Of a DNA stretch of 51,039 bases, positions 23,150 through 36,115 are shown piece by piece (position 1 is the first letter of the stretch; every line of letters begins with the position of its first letter). The notes under the pieces are model-generated. The model worked only from the letters and a program-made list of their open reading frames with translations, did no database searches and had not been told where the DNA came from. The DNA is from Chiloscyllium plagiosum (Eukaryota): positions 35,540,161-35,591,199 of the forward strand of contig NC_057718.1 in NCBI RefSeq assembly GCF_004010195.1, written 5' to 3'. The position numbers were made by a program, and so were the translations under genes.

Positions 23150-25050
23150 AATCCTTAGAAGAGTATAAAGGCAGTAGGAGTGTACTTAAGAGGGAGGGCA
23201 AAAAGGGGACAAGAGGTAGCTATGGCAAATAGAGTTAAGGAGAATCCAAAGGGTTTTTACAAATACATTAAGGACAAAAGGGTAACTAGGGAGAGAATAG
23301 GGCCCCTCAAAGATCAGCAAGGTGGCCTTTGTTTGGAGCCACAGAAAATGGGAGAGATACTAAACGAGTATTTTGCATCAGTATTTATAGTGGAAAAGGA
23401 CATGGAAGATATAGAATGTAGGGAAATAGATGGTGACATCTTGAAACATCTCCATATTACAGTGGAGGAAGTGCTGGATGTCTTCAAATGCAGGACCTGA
23501 TCAGATGTACCCTAGAACTCTGTGGGAAGCTAGAGAAGTGATTGCTTGCCCTCACACTGAGATATTTGTATCATCGATAGTCACAGATGAGGTGCCGGTA
23601 GCCTGGAGGTCAGCTAACGTGGTGCCATTGTTTAAGAAGGGTGGTATGGCCAAGCCAAGGAACTAAAGACCACTGAGCCTGATGTCGGTGGTGGGCAAGT
23701 TGTTGGAGGGAATCCTGAGGGACAGGATGTACATGTATTTGGAAAGACAAGGACTGATTAGGGATAGTCAGCTTGGATTTATGCATGGGAAATCATGTCT
23801 CACAAACTTGATTGAGTTTTTTGAAGAAGTAACAAAGAGGATTGAGGAGGGCAGAGCAGTAGATGTGATCTATATGGACTTCAGTAAGGCATTCAACAAG
23901 GTTTCCCATGGGAGACTAGTTAGCAAGATTAGATTTCATGGAATATAAGGAGAACTAGTCATTTGGATACAGAACTGACTCAAAGGTAGAAGACAGAGGG
24001 TGGTGGTGAAGGGTTGATTTTTAGACTGGAGCCCTGTGACCAGTGGAGTGCCATGAGGATCGGTGCTGGGTCCTCTACTTTTTGTCATTTATATAAATGA
24101 TTTAGATGTGAGCATAAGAGGTACAATTAGTATGTTTGCAGATGACACCAAAATTGGAGGTGTGGCGGACAGTGAAGAAGGTTACCTCAGATTGCAACAG
24201 GATCTTGATCAGATGGGCCAATGGGCTGAGAAGTGGCAGATGGAGTTTAATTCAGATAAATGCGAGGTGCTGCATTTTGGGAAAGCAAATCTTAGCAGGA
24301 CTTATACACTTAATGGTAAGGTCCTAGAGAGTGTTACTGAACAAAGAGAACTTGGAGTGCAGGTTCACAGTTCCTTGAAAGTGGAGTTGCAGGTAGATAG
24401 GATAATAAAAGGCGTTTAGAATGCTTTCCTTTATTGGTCAGAGTAATGAGTACAGGAGTTGGGAGGTCATGTTACAGTTGTACAGGACATTGGTTAGGCC
24501 ACTGTTGGAATATTGCATGCAATTCTGGTCTCCTTCCTATTGGAAAGATGTTGTGAAACTTGAAAGGGTTCAGAAAAGATTTACAAGGATGTTGCCAGGG
24601 TTGGAGGATTTGAGTTATAGGGATAGGCTGAACAGGCTGGGGCTGTTTTCTCTGGAGTGTCGGAGGCTGAGGGGTGACCTTATAGAAGTTTACATAATTA
24701 TGAGGGGCATGGATAGGATAAATAGACAAAGTTGTTTCCCTGGAGTAAGGGAGTACAGAACTAGAGGGCATAGGTTTAGGGTGAGAGGGAAAAGATATAA
24801 AAGAGACCTAAGGGGCAACTTTTTCACGTAGAGTGTGGTACGTGTATGGAATGAGCTGCCAGAGGAAGTGGTGGAGGCTGGTACAATTGTAACATTTAAA
24901 AAGCATCTGGATGGGTATATGAATAGGAAGGGTTTGGAGGGATATGGGCTGGGTGCTGGCAGGTGGGAATAGATTGGGTTGGGATATCTGGTCGGTATGG
25001 ATGGGTTGGACAGAAGGGTCTGTTTCCACACTGTACATCTCTATGACTCT
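23150..25050 (+). mobile_element. Relatively young 5'-truncated CR1 (HER1-like) LINE
   Basis: Long ORF2 remnants (KENPKGFYKYI, DFSKAF, LGPLLFVIYINDL, FADDTK, LRGDLIEVY) with a few stops; TCTATGACTCT tail. Confidence 0.95.
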
Positions 25051-25394
25051 AAATAAACTTGCTCCATTTAAATCTTTACTCAGCAAATCGGTGTCACTGT
25101 CTCGGTCAGTAATTACTAACTGCCTTTGAGAAGGCGGTCGTGAATTTAAAAGGGAAACATGGAAGGGGCTGTGGGAACAGGAGCATGGGCTTTTGACTAA
25201 TTGTTAGCTCTTTTAAAGAATTGGCTTAGTCACAATGGGTCAAATGACCTTCTTCTGCATGAGATATTTTTCCCACAGTTGAGCCAATGGAGGTTCAATC
25301 AAGAAAAACATGTATTAAAATGTAGAAAGGACTTTACCAACTGGTGTTAAAACAGGAAGAAAGGCCAACATCATGCACGTTAAGATTAAATTAG

Positions 25395-25660
25395 CTACAG
25401 TATGGAAACAGGCCCTTCGGCCCAACCAGTCCTCCAAAGAGTTAACCCACCCAGACCCATTTCCCTCTGACTAATGCACCTAACACTATGGGCAAATTAG
25501 TATGGTCAATTCATCTGACCTGCACATCTTTGGTCTGTGGGAGGAAACCCACACAGACACAGGGACAATGTGCAAACTCAACACAGACAGTTGCCCAAGG
25601 TTGGAATTGAACCTGGGTCCCTGAGGCTGCAGTGCTAACCATTGAGCCACCATGCCACCC
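25395..25660 (-). mobile_element. HE1-type SINE
   Basis: Minus strand GGCATGGTGGCTCAATGGTTAGCACTGC...GGTTCAATTCC, then the V-domain and a CR1-like tail. Confidence 0.87.
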
Positions 25661-28111
25661 AACTGTTTAATTGAATTATTTAAATAAACCATCCATCTTC
25701 TGGAAGCAAGTTGGTTGCCCATCACTCTTTCCCCCTGTATTCAACCAGTAGTGGGTGAGCTCATGGTAGTCTGGATCAATGTTTGCAGTTTTTGAAAAAT
25801 GACCTAACCCATTCTACATACTGTTCTCGGTTAAAATTATCCCCATGAGCTTTGTTTTCCAATATATATATAGTGCATGTCTGTTTTAACATTTGGACTA
25901 ATGCTAACTCATATTTGGTGTAGTAGAGTACACTCCGCTATGTATATTTTGATAAATATTCCTCTATTAACTGCCATAAACTTCATAACTGGAAAAGGTT
26001 CCCCACTCTGTTTAATTTATATTTTAATAACACCATTACATCTTCAAATACATTTTGATGCAAAAGTTACCCTGTTTCCTTTTCAGAATGCTTTATTAAT
26101 CTATGCCAGTATTTTACTGCATAATTTGAAAATAATGTCCAATCATAAAATATTTGAATTTGTTCGAATATATTAAATATTATATAAATATTAATGTTCT
26201 GAAAGAAGCTAGAGAATAATAAGTACATTTTCTGCATACATAATACTGATATATATATTCTACATTAAAATTTGCTAGAGGGGTTTATAAGTTAGATCAG
26301 TGCCCTTCTAACTCTGGACCTGCTCTTGAAAGCCCTTATCATTAATGAAAATTGTTTGAGTTTCCCCAGAATAGTACACTTGATTCTAGAGAATTGGAAG
26401 ACCAACGCTAGGCTTCCTGTGTTGGACCATTGTATTGTCCAACTGCATCAAGGCAAGAACCATCGGACACAGCTAATCACCCTTCACCATTCCTGTCAGA
26501 AATTATTGTCATTTTACCTTCTAAGCAATTTATCCAGTGTATCACCATCATAGACTAAAACATAAGGTCAGATTTCTGAGGAACTGGTCAACTCAGTCAG
26601 CCAGCAGTGGAAAAGATCAGGGCATGAATCAGACAGATGGGAAACCAAGCTCAACAGGGCCATTTAAATAGTGCTGAGTTCAAACAGACCCAATTTACAC
26701 TATTCCAAGAACCTGAACCTGCAGCGCGGGAGTCATTAACATATGGAGGAGACATAAAGAAGGGGAAGGTCTGTTAATGATCATGATCAGCAGTTATTTA
26801 AATCCCCAGTCCTTTAAGAATGAGAAAAAAAAGACAAGCTTCATCGATTAGAATAAAAATGAAATACACCCCGTTGGTCTGCTTTGATTGCCAAACCATT
26901 CGGTGTCACATGAAATAAATCACCATCTGTTCCTGCAATTTCAATGGAATTTCTGTTACCACTGAGGCCAGTGTAAAAGATTGACTGGTTTTAAGAAGTT
27001 CCGAATCCACATATTTCAGCAGGAAGACTAAATTTACATTTTTATCCACAGTGTTGAGAAACTATTAATAAGTTAACTACCATTCATGTGGTTACTAAAT
27101 AGAAGTATGTTTACTTTCATTGCCGATTGGCCACTTAATAGAATTTAAAATCTTTGACAACCATCACAAGTGAGAGGTTTTTCTTTTGGCTGTATCAGAT
27201 ATCAATGAGCAAGAGCTAAGTTGGGTTGTGAGAAGCTTTTATTTCCATCTCCGCATGACTCCTGAAACTGGCTTATAGTGCATTCTAGCTGAGTAGTGGT
27301 ATGAGGTGGTATGAGTGTATGAGTGACCATGAAGGTAGCATGGGATTACAACACTAACAGGGAAATCATGAGAGGTATGGTGGCCGTGGTATGGGTAGCA
27401 CCTGAGGGATATTGGTCTTTAATAGTCTTTTATGAACAAAGATTAGCATCTCAGAGAACTGTGGTGAATTTCGGCTACTTAGGTATGCTACTTCAACACT
27501 TGCCAACCTCCATGATTGCCTCTGAAGTGGCAGCAGGCCCAAATTCAACATTCCATTGTCAACATCCCTCTCTCCCAGCTACCGCCTAAAGTGTAATGTG
27601 AGCATGTTTTGGTGCAGGAGGGACCGCAGACTTGGAGGTGTTGAGGCAAGCTTCCTGTTAAAATTTTGACCCAAGGATTCAGGAGAACTATTACCTGGAA
27701 TAAGTAGCTACCAAAGAATTTGTTCCAAAATCAGTTCACAACAACTTTCATCAATTACAAATCAATTTAATTTAAAGCTTTAGACAACAGAAGTTGGACT
27801 TTCATCTCCAAATGGAAGCGGGACATAGGGCACAAAATTCATTTTGTGTTAGAAGAAAAGCAATTTCTGTCAGCGTTGTTACTTCTTGCCATTTTTGTGT
27901 AGGTTTTTTGCACATTGGGAAGGCTTGATGTGTAAAACACTCAGGCGCCTAAACCAAAGTTCGTATCTACATTGTAAGGAGCACAGGACAATGGTAATTC
28001 CCTATGCACAACCATTTTGTACAATGTGAAGTTTTGGAAATGTAAAATAATGTCTCCTTGGAGAGGTCCTGACTGCTGGACAATACCTGATGTTCAGTTA
28101 AAATATTCTGA

Positions 28112-28200
28112 AAAATGTGTTGCTGGAAAAGTGCAGCAGGTCAGGCAGCATCCAAGGAGCAGGAGAATCAACGTTTCGGGCATAAGCCCTTCTTCAGGAA
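28112..28200 (-). mobile_element. Solo PLE pseudo-LTR insertion (family A)
   Basis: Nearly the reverse complement of 2207-2296. 18-bp TSD TCAGTTAA(A/T)ATATTCTGA at 28094-28111 and 28201-28218. Confidence 0.85.
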
Positions 28201-28201
28201 T
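28166..28201 (-). ncRNA. Minimal hammerhead motif, family A (core intact, GUU triplet)
   Basis: Minus strand AUUC-CUGAAGA-A-GGGC(UUAU)GCCC-GAAA-CGUU-GAUU. Stem I is weak. Confidence 0.62.
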
Positions 28202-28455
28202 CAGTTAATATATTCTGACAGATAAGTGGAAAGTATCTTGAAAGCTTCAACTGTCATGATTAGTTGCTGTATTGTAATATAGATTGTTTTTTTTAACACA
28301 AAGATTCATCAGAGGGATGTGTCACGGAAATGAACTTTTACATTGACCAGCACTGTGCATAGTTGACATGCACTACAGTAGTTTTCCTATTGTCAGAAGT
28401 GCTGTAATGCATTAAAAATGTAAAATAACAAGTCCTGTCAGCCTCCATTGTCATG

Positions 28456-28528
28456 AGTTAAAAATCACACAACACCAGGTATTAGTTCAACAGATTTAAT
28501 TAGAAGCACACTCGCTCTCCAAATCATG
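28456..28528. mobile_element. Very short inverted PLE pseudo-LTR insertion (family C)
   Basis: Truncated version of 46611-46751. Perfect 12-bp TSD TCCATTGTCATG at 28444-28455 and 28529-28540. Confidence 0.8.
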
Positions 28529-29984
28529 TCCATTGTCATGGTTTGTGATGTAATTCAAATCAATTGATAGATCTGTCTGTTAAAATAAAACTCTCCTCTT
28601 GAAAGTTGAAAATAATCTTTGCATCTGTTTCCCCCCCCCATGGATGGAAAGGCACACTGCTTTATAAATGGAAATCGGACAGCATTGTGTTTATCAGTTT
28701 CAAACAATATTGTGACAGCTGTGGCCATTATGAACACTTGTGTAGGTTTCAAAAATAACCAGTTCAGCTACTGATCTATTGATGCAAGAATGTTTGACAC
28801 TTTTAAACAGAAACTGCTGTTGACATGTTCCTTATTCATTTACAAACATGTTAGGTGTTTAGAGGTTCACAGTTATTTTTCACACTGGTATAGATTTTCT
28901 TTCCTATGCAGCATCAATGATAGGTTTAAATTCTAGGTTTCATTTTAGAGGTTTACTTCTTTCTAATAATCTCAAAAGATTTTGCATTGCTTGTAGGTGA
29001 TTTGGAAACCAAGAATTATGATGGACAAAATCTCATACTAAATCTAACTCAAAAGTTTAAATTTGATCATGCAGTTTCTCCTCAGGTGGACAATCTGATA
29101 TGACTGAAGTTCACTTGTAAGTGATCTTTGACTAAGATCATCCTGCTTGGTTCACCAGGGCTTTTGCCATTTATACATATCTTCTGTCTTCTTTCTTAAG
29201 CTCTCCTGCGGGCGTCTTCTTAGAGTTTACACATAGAATGCAGTACATTAAAAAGGCTCATTTAAACATCTCTGGATGTGGATTCATTTTTACATGGATG
29301 TTCAATTGTTGGTTGGTTAGCATATTCCCAAATTGTCATCCATTGGATTGGTGACATAAGACCTCACTGTGATTACCTTTTTGGTTTTCATTGTCTTGTT
29401 AAATTCAACAGATTTACTGTAATTAACAGTTTTATACAATTGAAACTGCTCTATTCAATCAACAATATCACTGCAATTAACAAGTATCAATATATTTAGT
29501 GAGTATTGCACCTATCCAGTTTCCACACAACAAATAATGCTCTGAACCAGCCCATTTACTTCCATATGGTTATTGTATGGCTTATGAGGACTGCACACAA
29601 TGGACAGTAATTGAGTGGTTATGGGGAACATGGAGATGGTATGGACATTCTGAGTTGGCCAAGGGTGTCATGGGGTTACTTGGTGATCTATTGCGTTATG
29701 GAGTGCAATGCATGTTCAAGGTAGGCATCAGATGCAATGGTTTGAATGGGTATGGGTTGGTCAAGTGTGGATTAGGGTTTAATTTTACAGAGCCTGAGGA
29801 GCTGGGCTGATGTATTGGAAAAACAAAGGAGAGCCTTCTAACCAGTCTGCTACCATATTCACCATCTTCATGCCCTCCATGTCAGCTGATAAATGCATCA
29901 CAAGCTGAGAAAAGCAAACATTTCAGGCAAAGTAACATGAGCCAGTGTGCCTTTTGAAAAGCATAAAAGTCACAGGTTTAAATA

Positions 29985-31100
29985 TTACAGAATCATGACA
30001 GCACAGAAAAAGGCCATTCAGCCTGTTAAGATTGCATCGGTTCTCCAAATGATTAATTCAATTAGCGTTATTCTTCTACCTTGTGCCCATGTTCCCTGCA
30101 TATTGTTCCTTTCCAAGTAACAGTCTAATTCCCTTCTGAATGCTTCAGTTGAACCTGCCTCAATCACACTCACAAGCAGCAAACTCCCAGCCTTAAGTGC
30201 ATGCTGCAGGAAGAAGTTTTTTTTCTCTTCTATTGCTGTTTTTTGTTTCTTTTGTCAATTACTTTAAACCTGTAGTCTCTCATTCTCAATTCTTCCATAA
30301 GTGGTAACAGTTTCTTATCTATCTATTGACCAAACCTATTATGATTTTGAATTCCTCTATCAGGTCTCTTCTCAACCTTCCCTTCTCCAAACAAATCAGC
30401 CTTACTTCAACCAGTCTCTTATCACCAATGAAGTTCCTCAGTCCTGGAGCTATTTTCATGAATCTTTTCTGTACTGTCTCCAATGCTTTCACATCCTTCT
30501 TGAAGTTCAATGCACAGAAATAGATTCAAAATTCTAGATTAGGCTTAGCAAGTTTCACAAGTACAACAGAACCTGCTCGCCATATGCTTTATTAAATGTA
30601 CTCTCAACATATCCTGCCTTGATTAATGACCTACACACATATATAGAAAATTTCTTCATCGTTTTCATCCCCTTTAGAGTTGTACCCTCTATTTTAGATT
30701 GTCTCTCCATGTTACCAAAATGAATCATGCCATATTTCTCTGCATTGAACTTATCCGTCATCTGTCCATCCATTCTGATAAGTTGCCCATGTCCTTTTGA
30801 AATTCAATGCTGTTCTCCTCACAGTTTACTATGCACCCAAGTCTCCTATCTGCAAACAGGAGTGTAAATTGAAATTGTGGCCTGTACATCAGGATCTATA
30901 AGTTGTTAATCTACATCAGGAAAAGAAAGAGTTCCAATACCAACTTCTGGGGAATTTCATTACAAATCTTTCTCCAGCCCAGAGAACATTACTTATCACT
31001 GCTCCCTGTTTCCTATCATTCAGCCAAGTTTGCATCCAGATTACTATCCTTGTTGTTCCATGATTTCCAACTTTGCTCACAAATCTGTATGAAATGCCTT
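29985..31100 (-). mobile_element. Old CR1 LINE (continues at about 31630-31810)
   Basis: Minus-strand remnants FKKDVKALETVQKRFMKIAPGL and LRRDLIEEFKII. Confidence 0.75.
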
Positions 31101-31109
31101 GTGTTTGTC

Positions 31110-31625
31110 AATGTACTTATAGAAGTTTATAAATTATTGAGAGGTTTAGAAAGAATTAATTGTTGTCTTTCCTCTCGGATGGGGGATTTCAAGACTAGAG
31201 GGCACATTTTTAAGGTGAGAGGAGAGAGATTTAAAAAAGACATGAGGGGCAATTTCTTTTACACAGAGGGTGGTTCATATGTAGAATGAACTTCCAGAGG
31301 AAATGGTGAATAATTAGTTGTCTTTCCTCTCGGATGGGGGATTTCAAGACTAGAGGGCACATTTTTAAGGTGAGAGGAGAGAGATTTAAAAAAGACATGA
31401 GGGGCAATTTTTTTACACAGAGGGTGGTTCATATGTAGAATGAACCTCCAGAGGAAATGGTGAATAATTACAACATTAACATTTAGATATATACATGAAT
31501 AGGAAAGGCTTGGAGGGATATGGGCCAGGTGCAGGCAGGTCTGACTAGTTTAGTTTGGGACTATGGTCAGTATGGACTGGTTAAACCGAAGGATATGGTT
31601 CCATGTTGTGTGATTCTATGTCTCT
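31110..31625 (+). mobile_element. CR1 3' end nested in an older CR1, with an internal tandem duplication
   Basis: LIEVYKLLRG...TRGHIFKVRGERF; units 31162-31316 and 31317-31470 are nearly identical. Confidence 0.85.
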
Positions 31626-32851
31626 TTGTACAGCACTGCCCTCACAACCTTCTCTGTTATCTCTTCAAAAAAGGCCAACAAGTTAGTTAAACATGATTTT
31701 TCCTTAATAAATCCATTCTGGCTTTGCTTAGTTAATATCCATATGTCCATGTGACTTTTAATTTATCCTGAATGATTGGTTCAGATATTCCAATAGTTAA
31801 ATGTTAAATTGAACTCCCAACTCACCACTGACCTCCACCCCCTCGACTACACCTCCACTGAAACTTCACCCCTGACCCCTAGAAATCAGACCCCTAGAAA
31901 TCATGGACCAGATTTATCAGTGAATAGGTTGAATTTTCACAAGGGCCTTTGCAAGTGGGAAACTGAAGTGAAGGGATCAGGTTCATGGAGGAAAGTCACC
32001 TCCAAGAGCAGAAGACAAGGCAAATCAGGGTGCTCTTTGACCCCTGATGTTATCTACAGGTACAGATTAGCAGGATTTCTAGGAGGAAAGGACAGACTTG
32101 TGTTTCGGATTTTTAGTGGAAGAACTGAGCACTGATGTAATATTTGACATGACTTTAAACTCTGGAACTAAGCAGAGACAGTCAAACTTGAAAGAGAAAA
32201 AAAATGCATAGACAACATAAAATGGAGTGTGTGGATGTTTTGGGGTACATGTTGTGCAGCCCTGAACCATATAGGTTAGATTTAAACTCAATACAGACTC
32301 AATATGAAGATATGTCATTCAGATCAGAAATTGGGAATTCTTCCATGAACCTCCATGCCTGGGAATGAGAAAAGCACAACCCAACAACGTTGTCCTGACT
32401 GTCACTTTGAGATAAGCATTGAGAAAGAAGTACTTGCTCTTGGATAAATGAAGCATCAGATCAATCCATGATTGGTGGAAAAAAAAATATTCATGAGGTA
32501 ACTTTAACCTAATAATATATTCGAACTTTAACCTAATAATATATATAATGCAGAAGCATTATACTACAAAGTATGATAGAGAGCCTTGTAAGAATTGTGA
32601 GATGGGAGGCAAAAAGCTTGGTCAAAGAGGTATGTTTTGGAGTGTCTTAAAAGAGGAAAGTGAGGTGGAGACAGTCAGAGATTTAGCAAGGATTTTCAGG
32701 AGATAGAGGCCTTGGCAACAGAAGATGCAGCCATTGATGATTAACTCGGCATGATTAAGAAAGTAGCCTAATAAGAAAGCTTACAAGAAGATTATTACCA
32801 TGAACAAACTGCTATATGGGTTCTGCTAGTGCCCAATGGAATTGTAACAAG

Positions 32852-34080
32852 AGAACTCTGTGGCAAGTTAGAGAAGTGATTGCTGGGCCTCTTGCTGAGA
32901 TATTTGTATCATCGATAGTCACAGGTGAGGTGCCGGAAGACTGGAGGTTAGCAAACGTGGTGCCACTGTTTAAGAAGGGTGGTAAAGACAAGCCAGCGAA
33001 CTATAGACCGGTGAAACTGACCTCAGTGGTGGGCAAGCTGTTGGAGGGAATCCTAAGGGACAGGATGGACATGTATTTGGAAAGTCAAGGACTGATTAGG
33101 GATAGTCAACATAGCTTTGTGCATGGGAAATCATGTCTCACAAACTTGAGAGTTTTTTGAAGAAGTAAAAAGAGGATTGATGAGGGCAGAGCAGTAGATG
33201 GACTTCAGTAAGGCGTTCGACAATGTTCCCTATGGGAGACTGGTTAGCAAGGTTAGATCTCATGAACTACAGGGAGAACTAGCCATTTGGATACAGAACT
33301 GGCTCAAAGGTAGAAGACAGAGGGTGGTGGTGGAGGATTGTTTTTCAGACTGGAGGCCTGTGACCAGTGGATGGCACAAGGATCAGTGCTGCGTCCTCTA
33401 TATTGTCATTTCCTTAAATGATTTGGATGTGAGCATAAGAGGTACAGTTAGTAAGTTTGCAGATGACACCAAAATTGGAGGTGTAGTGGACAGCGAAGAG
33501 GGTAACCTCAGATCACAACAGGATCTGGACTAGATGGACCAATGGGCTGAGAAGTGGCAGATGGAGTTTAATTCAGATAAATGCGAGGTGCTGCATTTTG
33601 GGAAAGCAAATCTTAGCAGGACTTATACACTTAATGGTAAGGTAAGGATGTTGCCAGGGTTGGAGGATTTGAGCTATAGGGAGAGGTTGAACAGGCTGGG
33701 GCTGTTTTCCCTGGAGCGTCGAAGGCTGAGGGGTGACCTTATAGAGGTTTACAAAATTATGAGGGGCGTGGATAGGATAAATAGACAAAGTCTTTTCCAT
33801 GGCGTTGGGGAGTCCAGAAGTAGAGGGCACAGGTTTAGGGTGAGAGGGAAAAGATATAAAAGAGACATAAGGGGCAACTTTTTCATGCAGAGTGTGGTAC
33901 GTGTATGGAATGAGCTGCCAGAGGATGTGGTGGAGGCTGGTACAATTGTAACATTTAAGAGGTATTTGGATGGATATATGAATAGGAAGGGTTTGGAGGG
34001 ATCTGAGCCTGGTCGGTATGGACTGGTTGGACTAAAGGGTCTGTTTCCATGCTGTACATCTTTATCACTCTATGACTCTA
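32852..34080 (+). mobile_element. CR1 (HER1-like) LINE with an internal deletion
   Basis: Same subfamily as 23150-25050. At about 33643 the sequence jumps from TYTLNGKV to RMLPGLED. Confidence 0.93.
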
Positions 34081-34247
34081 ATTAGTACTTTTGGGAATGC
34101 AGAGCAAGAAAGCTGCTATTAAAACCAAAAATAAAAAGAGATCGAGTACAAAAAAAAGCAAAATTAACTACAAGCAGTAAAAATAATTGATGGATTTTAA
34201 CTAAGAAATGTTGAACCAATAATTGCAATAATTAACAATATTTCGAA

Positions 34248-34790
<543 letters not shown>

Positions 34791-35877
34791 TTATCTACCA
34801 AACAGCAAAGAAATAATAAAAATAATGTTAATGCCACGTGGACAGAGAACGGCCGATCTGTTACAACGAATGGAGCTGTTAAATGCTCAGCACTGACATT
34901 CTAATAGAAGACAAAGTGCCTTGGAAATTGAGTGTGTTCACACGGCCAAACCCTTTATGAGTTCCGCACCAATTAGTCTACAGTTAAAAGGGATTATAAT
35001 TTTCCCCATTAAATTCCAAACATTATCGGTCGCACAAATGACAATCAGCTCAAGGAATAGACTCCAGAGTAGAGTGGTGGAAGCTAGAAAAGCACGGAAG
35101 GAGTTAAGAAACATTGCATTGTATAATTTTTGTGGAGAAGAAGATACTAGAGTGCTCAGCGAAGGTGAACTAAGATGAGTTGAATGGGTTTTTTTGTCCA
35201 TATCCATTTCATAATTGTGATGATGTCATCCATGAAAGTAATGTCACTTGTTTTATGTGAAAGTAATATTGATTAACCTCCTTATTCCTCAAATGTTGAA
35301 ATGATGGCTTCATTGACCAATCTTCTTTAGGATTCTCACTTGTTGAACAACCTATGTTAGTTTAATTGCTTCTTGATCAACTTAAAGATATAATTTATGA
35401 AATGTGTTTGTACTTAATGTATTGGAAATAATAATTTGTTGGAACAACAGCCCAATGAAAAAAATATTATTTCTTATTTCACACTTTACTGCATTTCTAT
35501 AAAATCAAAGCATACTTTGGAGGTATATTTATAATCCACATACTTGCCTTTATGGTTACACTTGGTAATAGATACACTTTATTAGCTAGTTTCATTATCT
35601 CCAAGCATTCAGTCTCTGCTGTTTCCTACAGTTTGGTCCTGATCAATCACATCTTTATAATTTGAGATAATTTCAAAGATTTCCTGTATTTTTGGGAGTA
35701 GCAGTCGGACCCGGTAAATATAAATCACAAATCGCAGAGTCTTATGGCAAAAAGAAGGCCATTCAGCCCTGCACAATGGTGCTGGGTCTCTGAAAGAGCC
35801 TGTTAGTTAGTTGCAGTTTGTTTTGATTTATTTCTTGGATTCTATCTCCACCAAGGTTTCTGCAACAACTTTCCATG

Positions 35878-36115
35878 TCATAGAGTCATGCAGTCATAAA
35901 GAATGTACAGCATGGAAACAGACCCTTCGGTCCAACTTGGTCATGCTGACCAGATATCCTAAATTAATCTAGTCTCATTTGTCAGCATTTGGCCCATTTC
36001 CCTGTAAATGCTTCCTATTCAAATACTCATCTAGATGCCTTTTAAATGTTGTAATTGTAGCAGCTTCCAACACTTCCTCTGGCAGCTCATTCCATACACG
36101 CACCATCTTCTGTAT
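35878..36115 (-). mobile_element. CR1 (HER1-like) 3' end
   Basis: Reverse complement of the CR1 3' UTR and the WNELPEEV region. Confidence 0.82.

Noticed and set aside
22875..25050. Possible twin-priming inversion of one CR1
   Set aside because: Both pieces contain the 3' end and differ in sequence, and there is no convincing shared TSD. Two independent insertions is the simpler explanation.
32500..32544. 21-bp direct repeat AACTTTAACCTAATAATATAT
   Set aside because: A simple local duplication in AT-rich DNA with no further structure.
33630..33650. CR1 internal deletion as a splicing product
   Set aside because: The junction retains the GT and does not correspond to precise removal of a GT-AG intron.
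33534..34085. 183-aa ORF opposite the TMEM229B-like 3' end
   Set aside because: It is a CR1 ORF2 C-terminal remnant fused across a deletion and running into the element's 3' UTR; there is no evidence of a host gene.
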